The position numbers were made by a program, and so were the translations under genes. The notes under the pieces are model-generated. The model saw only the letters and a program-made list of their open reading frames with translations. It was not told the origin of the DNA and did no database searches. 64,000 nucleotides of DNA from a virus: the IMG/VR virus record IMGVR_UViG_3300034073_000569, positions 1 through 64,000 of that record, one strand, 5' to 3'. Shown one piece after another: positions 49,906-59,503 of this stretch (positions within the stretch are counted from its first letter, which is position 1; every line of letters begins with the position of its first letter).

Positions 49906-50922
49906 TTACTGGTTCCAGTATTTCTCAACTTTCTTAGTTAAGTCTACCAAGATCTCTTCATTTAGAGGGTTCTTTAGGTATTCTGCACAATCGGAAGGAG
50001 TACGTCCTAACATTGTTGTAGTTTCCATGTGGTAGATAAATCCATCAGCTTTAGTTGCAATAAACTTGTAATATGTACAGTCTTTTACAATAGCTCTGAT
50101 TTTTAATGTTTCCATATCTAAAGTGGCAACATCTAAGAATCTTTCAGCTGTTTTACGCTTATCTTTTTCTACAAGATCACCGTTAATATATTTATCCATG
50201 TTGTCATAGACAATATCATTTGGTGTAGATTTCTTATACTGAGCACTGTTAGCATCTAACACTTTTGCTACATATAGAAGTTTATTCTGATTCTTGTTAA
50301 ATAACTTTTCAAGTTCAGCCAATGCCTTATTACGCATTTTCTTAACTTCAGTATTTACAGATGCAGTTTCTTCTAACTTATCTAAGTAAAATTTAGGAGG
50401 AACTGGCATTCTACGAGCTTCTTCTAAACTTTTAGCAACGATTGAGAAACCACCTGCTTCAATTGCATATAATCTAATTAAATCATATGGATCTTTATCA
50501 GGCTCTAAGTAACTTGGTTCGTTACCACATCTAATTTTGATCTTATCCCAGAAAGCTGAATTATCAGGTTTCAGTAATTTAATCTTATTCCAGAACTGCT
50601 CATCTGTAGGTTCTACTACGTTTGCTGCTAATTCTTTCTCTAACTGAGCTACAACTACACGAATCTGCTTAATCTTAGCTTCTTGTTCTTCTGCAGGTAG
50701 CCCTTTAACATCTGGAGAAAACTCATTTAATCCAGTAATGTATCTTACAATACCGTTAATCTCTAGACAAGCTAATTGTTCCTCGTGGAACGCTCCGTCA
50801 AAAAGACTTAACCCATACTTCTGTAATCCCATATTGTCTACATTAGCATCAAAGAATGGTCTAATGGCAATAGTAGATTTCTTGTTTTGTGGATACTTTT
50901 CCACGATTGTTACTCCGCTCAT
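49906..50922 (-). CDS. Conserved crAss-like protein following MCP (gp75-like position)
   Basis: 338 aa; FWDKIKI...DPYDLI...LG......EYLKNPLNEEIL pattern; synteny. Confidence 0.65.
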   Translation of the reverse strand: MSGVTIVEKYPQNKKSTIAIRPFFDANVDNMGLQKYGLSLFDGAFHEEQLACLEINGIVRYITGLNEFSPDVKGLPAEEQEAKIKQIRVVVAQLEKELAANVVEPTDEQFWNKIKLLKPDNSAFWDKIKIRCGNEPSYLEPDKDPYDLIRLYAIEAGGFSIVAKSLEEARRMPVPPKFYLDKLEETASVNTEVKKMRNKALAELEKLFNKNQNKLLYVAKVLDANSAQYKKSTPNDIVYDNMDKYINGDLVEKDKRKTAERFLDVATLDMETLKIRAIVKDCTYYKFIATKADGFIYHMETTTMLGRTPSDCAEYLKNPLNEEILVDLTKKVEKYWNQ

Positions 50923-50980
50923 GTTTGGTTTGTTTGGTTTTTACTATAACTGGTCACAATATATGACCTTTTATATTTAG

Positions 50981-51038
50981 AACCTATTAGAAGTTGCGAA
51001 CTTCCCATGTGATCAGTCATGGTACGCGTACAATAGGT
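50981..51038 (-). ncRNA. Minimal tRNA-like cloverleaf
   Basis: ACCTATT/AATAGGT closing stem; CCATG-ACTGATCA-CATGG arm; GAAG-TTCGCAA-CTTC T-like arm. Confidence 0.55.
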
Positions 51039-51162
51039 GACCTGGGGATACTATCCACAGGGTGGTAAAATGACTCAGACTAGTGAGGGTGTTTTAGCCA
51101 GTTAGACTGGTGTCCGCTATCCTTTCTGAGTACTGTTACTTTTATATCTTTTGGCAGGGGAT

Positions 51163-51176
51163 TTTAACCCCCTGCC
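51163..51176 (-). other. 5' arm region of a GC-rich hairpin (approx. 51153-51176) immediately after the MCP stop
   Basis: Minus strand GGCAGGGG-GTTAAAAT-CCCCTGCC; followed by A's rather than a U-tract, so more likely an mRNA-stabilising hairpin than a terminator. Confidence 0.5.
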
Positions 51177-51189
51177 TCAGATACTATTT

Positions 51190-52809
51190 TTAGAATGATC
51201 CTCCAGTAACTGGGTTTCTCATAACAATCTTCAACACCTTAGTTGGGTCTTTTACCCAGATTGCTGGCATTGTTTGTGTCATGAATACACGGTAACCGTT
51301 GAACTGTCCAGAAGACTGGAAGCCTTGAGTACGACCCATGTAGTCCATTGTACCGTTTTGGTAGAACCACTTCAATTGATTATCCCAAGATAACTTCAAC
51401 AAGAAGATGTTGTCGTTAGTGTTCTCAGTAATATCAAAGATAATGAAATTGTAAGAAGATAATGGGAAACCATCAATGATTGGGTTCTCAATATCATTAG
51501 TGTGGATGTTATCAAACGCTGGGTTCAATACAAACTTAACGTTAGCCAAGAAAGGAATAACGTATTGAGTGTATGCAAAACCAAAGTTTAAGTCCATACC
51601 TTTACCAGTGATAGCTCCTACCTCTGATGCATTAATTACTAAGCCAGAGTTGATAGCTTCACGCTTGATAGCTTCGTTAACAAGCTTCATACCACCAAGG
51701 CCAGTTTGTACAACTAACTCACGCTTAGGATCTGGACCTTGGAATTCAACCTTACCATTAAAGAAGTTGAAGATCTCAGATTTAAACAAGTCTAAGTTGA
51801 ATGAACCTTTGTTGTAAATACGCTTGTAAGAGTTATCTAACTGCTTCCAAAGACCTACAGATAAACGAATATCATCTGGACCATCTTGCTTAACCTTACC
51901 ACCTTGACCCCACATTAAGTAAGTTTCAATGTCGTTAGCAATCTTAGTCAAATGAGCTGCTTCCATAGAAGTTAAGAATGTACGAGTAAGCTGTCCTGAT
52001 TCGTAAGCTTTCTTTACATAATCTTTACCCATTTTAGAAGCCATAGTTTCTAAAGAAGATACAGAAGGATCAACGTTCTTATCGAAGTTTCTCCACATTT
52101 CAATTACAGGAACTGTACCGTCTGCTTTCATTCCACCTTTCATCATTAAGTCAGCACGAGAGCTAACAGAATAGTGAACGTGAGCTTCAGCACCACCTAC
52201 ATAGTTGTAGAATTCACGGAAACCTGCATTGATGTTACCGATATCAGAGAAACGCTCACCGTATTCACCACGAGCAGATCCTTTACGGAACACCTTAGTA
52301 CCCACCTTTAAGTACTTGTTATCCAAATACTTAGCATTGTCGTTGTTTACCAACTGAACAGTATAGATGAAACCGTCACCTGCTGGGATAATATCGTCAG
52401 CTGTGATGTACATCTCAACACCGTTGTACTTGTCATAAGTGATGATATCACCATGACCAAAAGAACGCTTATTCAATTTAATCTTGAAAGACTGACCATC
52501 AATACCTTTAGTGGCATTTGCTGATTCAATATCTTCTGTAATGTATGGAAGATCCTGCGTTACTGGAATCTGCCACTTGTACTCACCACGTGCGTTATCT
52601 ACTGAGATAACGTTCTTACCGCCAAAGCTAGACATCTGGTACAAAGGCATTTCTACCTTTTGAGCCATAGCCCATAAATCTACAGGACCTAAGTCTGTAG
52701 GTTCTGCTGACTTTAGCAAGTTTGAAAGGTGGTAGCTGTCTACGTGCGAGCTAGTCTGATAGCTGGTATCTCGTAGAAATATACCATTGTTCAAAACTGG
52801 AGTTGCCAT
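51190..52809 (-). CDS. Major capsid protein (crAss-like, HK97 fold)
   Basis: 539 aa; EYGE...GLWKQL...TGLGGM...PAFD...IWVKDPTK motifs; order TerL-portal-scaffold-MCP. Confidence 0.9.
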   Translation of the reverse strand: MATPVLNNGIFLRDTSYQTSSHVDSYHLSNLLKSAEPTDLGPVDLWAMAQKVEMPLYQMSSFGGKNVISVDNARGEYKWQIPVTQDLPYITEDIESANATKGIDGQSFKIKLNKRSFGHGDIITYDKYNGVEMYITADDIIPAGDGFIYTVQLVNNDNAKYLDNKYLKVGTKVFRKGSARGEYGERFSDIGNINAGFREFYNYVGGAEAHVHYSVSSRADLMMKGGMKADGTVPVIEMWRNFDKNVDPSVSSLETMASKMGKDYVKKAYESGQLTRTFLTSMEAAHLTKIANDIETYLMWGQGGKVKQDGPDDIRLSVGLWKQLDNSYKRIYNKGSFNLDLFKSEIFNFFNGKVEFQGPDPKRELVVQTGLGGMKLVNEAIKREAINSGLVINASEVGAITGKGMDLNFGFAYTQYVIPFLANVKFVLNPAFDNIHTNDIENPIIDGFPLSSYNFIIFDITENTNDNIFLLKLSWDNQLKWFYQNGTMDYMGRTQGFQSSGQFNGYRVFMTQTMPAIWVKDPTKVLKIVMRNPVTGGSF

Positions 52810-52851
52810 GAGGCTTTTAAATTTAAGGGTTAATAAATAATTTAAGTAAAA

Positions 52852-54138
52852 TTAGCGTTTAAATATGTTTGTAGGTCTAGCAATCTTTCTAGTCCTAGTT
52901 TCATCTTCATCCTGATAAGTAGAGACGTTTTTACGAGCTTGCTCTGTCTTTAACTGTCTCACTGTTTGTTCTACCGCTTGGTTCTTTCCTTGTTTTACCA
53001 AGTTCTGACGGTATTCTTCAGGATTAGATAATAACCATAATGCTTCAGCAATCAATGGGTAGTTAGGTTCTACAAACTGATACTTCTCTAAAAGATGACC
53101 CAACTGGTTAGTTGGTCGTCCACTAATAGAAGGATAGTTAGGTTGAACTAATCCACTATATAACTGAGCCTGAGTCTTTTTATCCAACTTAAGTCCGTTA
53201 ATCTCTGCTGGTCTCAAAGCTTCAAATACATTTTTCATGTATGCTTCAGCAGCTTGTTCTTGTTGCTGCTTTCTGCTTTCTTGCTCTGCAATCTGAGATT
53301 GTACAATCTCTTCTTGCATCTGATCCAACTTTGGTTTAAACTGCTTGGCTTTCTTTTCTAGTACACCTAGATCTTTCCAAGTAGTAAGTTCTTCTTCAAT
53401 CTCCTCTTCTGTACCAAAACCAGTAGCTTGTAAATAAGACTTTACAATACCTTCTTGGTCGTTCTCATTAGTAGGATCTAACTGACGAACCTGTTCAACC
53501 TGAGCTAGAGCTTGGAAAAGACCTTTTAAATCTTGTCCTCCATCTGCTACGTACTTAGCTGCATATTGCAACTCTTCTGGTAATGACTCAAAAAACTCTT
53601 GAGGAGTCTTTGCAGCAACTTCTTGTTTTAAGTTATCAATGTTGGCTTGCCATAGCTCCTCAACATCTTTCTCTCCAAGACCACCTAAGTAATCTTCTAA
53701 AGACTGCTTACTCTCATCATAATCATCAAAGGCAAACATTTCCTTTGACTCAATACGTTTTTTAAGAAACTCTACTAAGCCAGACTTTTCTGTCTTAGGT
53801 CTTCCACCTTTAGATTTAGCAGATTGATCATCATCATCATCTTGATCACCATCATCATCCACATTCACAAGGTTGTCAATAAAGTCTTTAGCTGCAGCTG
53901 GATCTTTATCCTTTTTATCATCTGCACCATCTGGATCTTTATCATCCGTGTCATTATCATCCTCATCTAAAAAGCTTGTGTCAAACTTTCCTTGACTAAA
54001 GATGTTGGGTTTTGGATCTTTTTTATCTTCAGTTGTAGGAGTTACAATGCTATCTGCACCGGGTGCTCCTAACCAACTATCAATATCAAGATCTACTTGC
54101 TGCACAGAAGTCTGTACATTGTTTTGATTATCAGTCAT
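52852..54138 (-). CDS. Scaffold-like protein between portal and MCP
   Basis: Very acidic N-terminus (DDDGDQDDDDD), helical body; conserved position in crAss-like phages. Confidence 0.7.
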   Translation of the reverse strand: MTDNQNNVQTSVQQVDLDIDSWLGAPGADSIVTPTTEDKKDPKPNIFSQGKFDTSFLDEDDNDTDDKDPDGADDKKDKDPAAAKDFIDNLVNVDDDGDQDDDDDQSAKSKGGRPKTEKSGLVEFLKKRIESKEMFAFDDYDESKQSLEDYLGGLGEKDVEELWQANIDNLKQEVAAKTPQEFFESLPEELQYAAKYVADGGQDLKGLFQALAQVEQVRQLDPTNENDQEGIVKSYLQATGFGTEEEIEEELTTWKDLGVLEKKAKQFKPKLDQMQEEIVQSQIAEQESRKQQQEQAAEAYMKNVFEALRPAEINGLKLDKKTQAQLYSGLVQPNYPSISGRPTNQLGHLLEKYQFVEPNYPLIAEALWLLSNPEEYRQNLVKQGKNQAVEQTVRQLKTEQARKNVSTYQDEDETRTRKIARPTNIFKR

Positions 54139-54162
54139 TTTGTTTGGTTTTTATGTGTATCT

Positions 54163-54179
54163 CTACATAATCAATATAC
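54163..54179 (-). promoter_or_regulatory. Repeated phage promoter-like motif, copy 5
   Basis: GTATATTGATTATGTAG upstream of the scaffold-MCP operon. Confidence 0.55.
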
Positions 54180-54253
54180 AACTTAAATCTTAAAAATTTA
54201 CTTTTCCTGTAATTTTTTTATCTAAGGTGTGGATAATAGAGCTATAATTATTC

Positions 54254-57001
54254 CTACTTTTTTGTAGAAGTTTTACCTCCGACATCATACTTGTTCTTAT
54301 TCTCTCTAGCAATCTGTAATTGTTTGTCTGCAATCTCTCTCTGAGTCTGAATTTTCTCACGCTCAATGTTTAACTTTTGAGCACCTTGTTCTTTTCTAGT
54401 CATCTCAGATTCACGTTTCAAGTTCATTTGATCTTGATAACGTTGTTCTTGACGAATACCTTCTAAAGCATCTTGATAGTCAGATTGTTGATTTTGGTTA
54501 ATATCTACACCAGCACCATATCCTGCAGCTCTAATTTCTGCTACAGTAAGCTGAGTTTGTCTATCAAGATCAGCCTGCTCAGCTCTAAATTGTAAGTCCA
54601 TCTGCTTCTGACGCTCTTGAGACTCAATCATTTGCTGCTGCATTTCTTGTTGCTGCTGTAACTCAGATTGTTTAGCTGCTTGAGTCTTTTGCTCAGCATC
54701 TTTAAGAACACCTGTAAGTTCAGCAATAGACTCAGATTTAATAACATTACCTAAATCATAGATAGAAGCACCAGTAGTATTGTTATTAAGAGCAAGTTGT
54801 TTAAGCTGCTCCATTACATTTCTAGCATTAGTCTTAGTAGTACAGAAGATATTTAAGTCTCTCATTAATAACTCAGTACCATTCATCTCAAAGTTAACCT
54901 TCTCATCTTTACCAGTAATGTACTGAAGACGTACGCTAGGTTTCTTAGAGTGATAATATTGAGCTAAGTCTGTACGCATTTGGTGAACTCTTGGCATTAA
55001 ATTATCAGAGTGTTGGATAAAATACTGCTCTGTTTGTGCATAAGAAGCGTTCATAGCTTGTTCTATACCAGTAGCAGTTTCTTGACCAATCATCTGACCC
55101 ATACGCTGAGGGTTCAAACCAATCACCTCAAAAGCTTGATTCTTAAAGTAACTAGCTAAGTTTACACGAGATAGTAAACGATTAGTTTGTTCTAAGTTTA
55201 ATACTTGGTAGTGTTGGAAGTTAAGAGCATTCTCAGTGTTAGTAATAGACGTATCTAAAGGTAACATCTGGAAGTTCTTCATGGCTACATAAGCCTTAGC
55301 CATATTATTCTTACCCCAATCTTCACCCATAGAGTGACGTGGTAAAGAGTTCTGGTCTAACATGATAACTGTTCCTAGCTCATCTACTAAGATGTCAGCA
55401 ATCTGGTTATTTACAATATTATAACCTATCTGATATGGCTTCATAAGATCTACCAATGAAATACTGCGGGTGTTTCTATCACCAAACACAGAACCTTCAA
55501 CTGGAAGTTTACATCCATAAAGTGTTGCATCTCCTTTAAACTGGAATGGAATACGTCCTGGTTTACCACCATTAAGACCTAAATAAATAGGATTGATACC
55601 TCCAGGGTTATTCATACCCCAGAACGCAGGACGGTTAGGTCCAATCTTAACGCCACCCCAAGTTTCGTTAATCCAAATCCAGTCAATATGTTCTCCAAAG
55701 ATTAAGTTATCTTTAGACTTTTGCTTGTATATAGAAGTATTATACAGAGGTTTATCTGTAACTTTATAGCTTTCACCAATGATATCTTGGATAATTTCTC
55801 CTTCTTCTGTAATCTTAGTCAAGTGACCAATCTTACGTTGAGACTTCCAATAGATTGTAGATACACGTAGTAAATGAGACTTGCCAAAATCCACTGTATC
55901 CTCAGAATCCGCTAAAATCCACTCTACAATATCTCCTGTACCAAACTGTGTGTCGTATAAAGAAGCATATTGTCTATAACCTAATGATGGCATTTCTGTA
56001 TTCCAATCATGAGATTTAGTAGGATCATAGTATGTACCGTCATTCTGGTATCCTTGTACAGCATACCCAGCTGAACGTACAGGATAGATGGCTTCTAAGG
56101 ACTCCAATTGATCTTGGGTCATCATCCATCCATACTTGTCAATAACGTCTGATACAGACATCATATCCATCTTTCCTACCCAGTTTCCTTGAGAGATGTA
56201 ACGTACATCTGGAGACTTGTGATAGAAAGTAAGTAATGGGTTCCAAAGCTCTACATCATAGTCGTCCTCATTCATCTTAAAATGCCAGAACTCCCTATCT
56301 GTAATAAGCATATCTCTAAATGCACGCTCTTCAAGCTCTTGCATTTTAAAGCGTTCTTCATCTACTGACATCTGGTGGGTAGCCCACTCTTCAATCATAG
56401 ATCTGTAATCTTTACGGAAAAATCCTTCAATCTCAGGAAGCTGTTGTAGATTTTCTGGGGCTAAAGCTTTCTGCATTTCTTCAGAATCTAGCTCAATACC
56501 CATATTCATCATCTCAATCATCATCTTTCTCTCAGCATCCTCTAGTAAAACTTTCTCTACCATGGAACGCTTTTCCTCCATCATTTCATTATATGAGATG
56601 TCGTCAATAGCCTTAAACATGATACGTGAGCTTCTCTTAGAGAACTCATTACATAACACGTTGATTACGTTAGGAATAATAGGATAGAACTTAAGCTCTA
56701 ATGCAGACTCATCCTCTTTTGTTAATGTGTCAATAAGATCAGCCATCTCATTGTCTTCTTCTACAATGTAGTCAGCCTTATCAATAATACCCTTAGCCAG
56801 CTTGTAGTTCTTCATAAGTCTACGAGCATTACGTCTAAGTTGTTTCATACCTTGGAATTCTAGCCAATCTAGGTTCCATGCTCTCCATTCCTCATCCTTC
56901 TCTTTTTCAGATATAAACTGGATAGGCTGGGTAAGTGTACCCATTTTGTTATAATCCGCCTTTTTTCCAGATTTAAGATCTAGAGCATTGTATATCTGCA
57001 T
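54254..57001 (-). CDS. Portal protein
   Basis: 915 aa; FYPIIPNVINVLCNEF, SLVDLMKPYQIGYNIVNNQI, IGLNPQRMG, Gln-rich coiled-coil C-terminal barrel. Confidence 0.9.
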   Translation of the reverse strand: MQIYNALDLKSGKKADYNKMGTLTQPIQFISEKEKDEEWRAWNLDWLEFQGMKQLRRNARRLMKNYKLAKGIIDKADYIVEEDNEMADLIDTLTKEDESALELKFYPIIPNVINVLCNEFSKRSSRIMFKAIDDISYNEMMEEKRSMVEKVLLEDAERKMMIEMMNMGIELDSEEMQKALAPENLQQLPEIEGFFRKDYRSMIEEWATHQMSVDEERFKMQELEERAFRDMLITDREFWHFKMNEDDYDVELWNPLLTFYHKSPDVRYISQGNWVGKMDMMSVSDVIDKYGWMMTQDQLESLEAIYPVRSAGYAVQGYQNDGTYYDPTKSHDWNTEMPSLGYRQYASLYDTQFGTGDIVEWILADSEDTVDFGKSHLLRVSTIYWKSQRKIGHLTKITEEGEIIQDIIGESYKVTDKPLYNTSIYKQKSKDNLIFGEHIDWIWINETWGGVKIGPNRPAFWGMNNPGGINPIYLGLNGGKPGRIPFQFKGDATLYGCKLPVEGSVFGDRNTRSISLVDLMKPYQIGYNIVNNQIADILVDELGTVIMLDQNSLPRHSMGEDWGKNNMAKAYVAMKNFQMLPLDTSITNTENALNFQHYQVLNLEQTNRLLSRVNLASYFKNQAFEVIGLNPQRMGQMIGQETATGIEQAMNASYAQTEQYFIQHSDNLMPRVHQMRTDLAQYYHSKKPSVRLQYITGKDEKVNFEMNGTELLMRDLNIFCTTKTNARNVMEQLKQLALNNNTTGASIYDLGNVIKSESIAELTGVLKDAEQKTQAAKQSELQQQQEMQQQMIESQERQKQMDLQFRAEQADLDRQTQLTVAEIRAAGYGAGVDINQNQQSDYQDALEGIRQEQRYQDQMNLKRESEMTRKEQGAQKLNIEREKIQTQREIADKQLQIARENKNKYDVGGKTSTKK

Positions 57002-57006
57002 GATAT

Positions 57007-57309
57007 TTAATTATTTAAGTCTGCTGGTTCTTCAGCAATTGAATTAGTAAACGAAGAAGTTGTTGTTAAAATACTAGATGGATTACTTGTACCCATACTA
57101 ACATTACCAGAACTACTGATAAACATTGGCATAGTATAGTTTGGAGTAGTACTAGTATGCCAAGTACCTGTTGATGTAGAAGGAATATGCACAAGTTCTT
57201 TTTCCTCTTCCTTTAAAAGAAGTAAAGCCTCTTCGAGTGTAATATAGTTTTCTTTAACTAGTCTAGATAAGATCTTTACCTTTTCTGTGTGGAGCTCATT
57301 GTTTTCCAT
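57007..57309 (-). CDS. Hypothetical protein
   Basis: 100 aa; ENYITLEEALLLL short helical motif then Ser/Thr-rich tail. Confidence 0.6.
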   Translation of the reverse strand: MENNELHTEKVKILSRLVKENYITLEEALLLLKEEEKELVHIPSTSTGTWHTSTTPNYTMPMFISSSGNVSMGTSNPSSILTTTSSFTNSIAEEPADLNN

Positions 57310-57310
57310 A

Positions 57311-59503
57311 TTATTTCATATTTTTAAAGGGATTACGAGGGGCTCTTGACATACCTCCACCACCTTTAGAACCACCAATATGTCTAAAGGGGCTCCAATT
57401 TAATTTACTAAATTTCTGGGAGTTATCCAAGTTTTCTTTTGTAACTTCTACACGTTTAGTTAGTCCTCTATTACTCTGTTGTACCTTAGCAAACGCTATA
57501 AGGGCACAAAATGCTACTAAACGGTCAACGTTTAAGCCATCTCTATAAGCTTGCATCTCACGTAAAAGCATGATGTCAGGGATACGTTCTACACCATAAA
57601 CAGTTTTTACGATGTCACCGTTTTCTTTAGTCTCATGATCCAGCTCTTCTTTTAGGAATTCAATACCATAAGATAGTACGTTTCCTTTAAAGAGTGTACC
57701 AACGTTTTTCCATCCATACTCTTGGAATACGTTACGGTTGGCACCAATATCTTTTAAGAACAAAATCATGTCTTTTGGTACTAAGTATCGTTGCTTTCTT
57801 TTAGAGATCATATACTGAATGAATAAAGCTACGTTATTTTCCACAACTGTCCAAGCATTATACCACTCTATAAGAAGCTCAAGTCTTTCATGAGTTTTAT
57901 TAAGATCGTCAAAACGTCCACACCATGATGCTACAATCATGTCACGTTCTATCTCATTTTTAACCATTCCGTTACCATCATCTTTGATCACCTCTACTGG
58001 ATTCTTATATACGTATATAGAACATAGTGATTCTGAAGTAGTTGTCTTTCCTTCTCCAACAGGGTCCACAGAAGCATAGTACATCCCAAAAGGAGGATCT
58101 TTATGTGGTCTCTCGTAAATACACAACACTCCTTCTTTATCTTCAGTCTTTTTAGATATAGGAAACTCCATGATAGGAATCTTTCTAGATGGTTTATCTA
58201 TAATCTTTCCTTCAGCGTTACGAGAAAGCTCTAAATATTCTACAGGATATTCTTTATCTTGAATACGTTGCATCTGTTTAGCTACCAAGTGTGGTGGGAA
58301 TACACTCACCTTACGTGTAGCAAAAGCTTCTTCAATACAACGTGGTTGCTGTGAGACTGTCAACTGATAAGCTGCCGGATCTAAATCCTTCTTCATCTTA
58401 TCAAATTCTTTCTCTAGAGCCTCTAAAGCTTCCTCAACCTTAGAATTACCCCACTGATCAATATACGGAGGCATAGACCACTGTTCTGGGATAAATAGAC
58501 CGGTAATTCCTATTGTCCCATCTTTGTCTACAAGATTAGACTCTACACCATAGAATCCATTTTCTTCTGGATGCATGATATATTCTTTCATAGGTTCACA
58601 TTGATCCAAGTCACCGACAGATCCTGCTGCTATAAACTGACCAGTAATCATATGACCAGACTTTAATGCTGGCTTCATGAAACCATATGTGTCATCCATT
58701 TTAGGAGCAATACCAGCCTCCTCGTGAAAGAAGTATGTTACGGGTCCACCGACACCATGGGTAGGATCTTTCTCAAAAGAGTATAGGTTGATCGTGGATT
58801 TCAAACCTTTATAAGTATCACGACCACCTATCCTCACTTTAATCTGTTGCTGCCACGCCCCGACTTTGTCAGGCTCAGCTGGACGATACCAGGCTGTATG
58901 TTCATTTAAGAAGTTCTTATATTCATTAAGAAACTTCCATGAGCCTTTCTCGTTTATATAATCCTTTAGAGAAGCACCAATCTTTAACACAGCTCCTTCT
59001 TCAAACCAATACTGGTTAATTAGTTTAGCCATGTGGAAATAAGAAGATGCTATCTGACGCTTTTTTAGAATGATGGCATGCTTCCAATGCATTTCAGCAA
59101 GATGTTCATATAATGCCATGTGATATTGGGCATCTCTCACCTTAGCAAAGTCAAACCTCTTTTCTTCTTTATCATAGATAGGTAAGAAGTTTAACCACAT
59201 GTAATAATCTCTACTAACATACCAAGCTTTTCCGGCATCTTTTATGATTATACCATTACGGCATTTTGCTTTCTGATCATTCCAGTAAGCAATAAAGTCT
59301 TTAGTCTTTACAGGTGCTGCACAATAGTATCCTTGTTTCTGAAACTTACGACCTTCTTCATTGAAGATCTTACTAGTTTCATTAAACTCATACTTACCGG
59401 GTTCTTTGAATATAGATAATAAGAAGTCTCTAAACTCTTCTCTTGTATAGAAGGTAGTTACATCCCATGCTCCATTTTCATATGTAGGTATTTCTTTAAA
59501 CAT
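57311..59503 (-). CDS. terL: Terminase large subunit
   Basis: KKRQIASSY (Walker A-like), FFHEEAG (Walker B), YYASVDPV nuclease motif, VVENN, NVDRLVA. Confidence 0.93.
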   Translation of the reverse strand: MFKEIPTYENGAWDVTTFYTREEFRDFLLSIFKEPGKYEFNETSKIFNEEGRKFQKQGYYCAAPVKTKDFIAYWNDQKAKCRNGIIIKDAGKAWYVSRDYYMWLNFLPIYDKEEKRFDFAKVRDAQYHMALYEHLAEMHWKHAIILKKRQIASSYFHMAKLINQYWFEEGAVLKIGASLKDYINEKGSWKFLNEYKNFLNEHTAWYRPAEPDKVGAWQQQIKVRIGGRDTYKGLKSTINLYSFEKDPTHGVGGPVTYFFHEEAGIAPKMDDTYGFMKPALKSGHMITGQFIAAGSVGDLDQCEPMKEYIMHPEENGFYGVESNLVDKDGTIGITGLFIPEQWSMPPYIDQWGNSKVEEALEALEKEFDKMKKDLDPAAYQLTVSQQPRCIEEAFATRKVSVFPPHLVAKQMQRIQDKEYPVEYLELSRNAEGKIIDKPSRKIPIMEFPISKKTEDKEGVLCIYERPHKDPPFGMYYASVDPVGEGKTTTSESLCSIYVYKNPVEVIKDDGNGMVKNEIERDMIVASWCGRFDDLNKTHERLELLIEWYNAWTVVENNVALFIQYMISKRKQRYLVPKDMILFLKDIGANRNVFQEYGWKNVGTLFKGNVLSYGIEFLKEELDHETKENGDIVKTVYGVERIPDIMLLREMQAYRDGLNVDRLVAFCALIAFAKVQQSNRGLTKRVEVTKENLDNSQKFSKLNWSPFRHIGGSKGGGGMSRAPRNPFKNMK

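Noticed and set aside
51073-51131. Hairpin ribozyme (AGAA and AGTC strands present)
   Set aside because: The register does not fit: ACTCAGA pairs fully with TCTGAGT, and the loop B consensus is absent.
51190-59503. Introns or inteins in terL, portal or MCP; stop-codon reassignment
   Set aside because: Genes are uninterrupted under the standard code, no intein or homing-endonuclease motifs were seen, and TAA, TAG and TGA all terminate genes.
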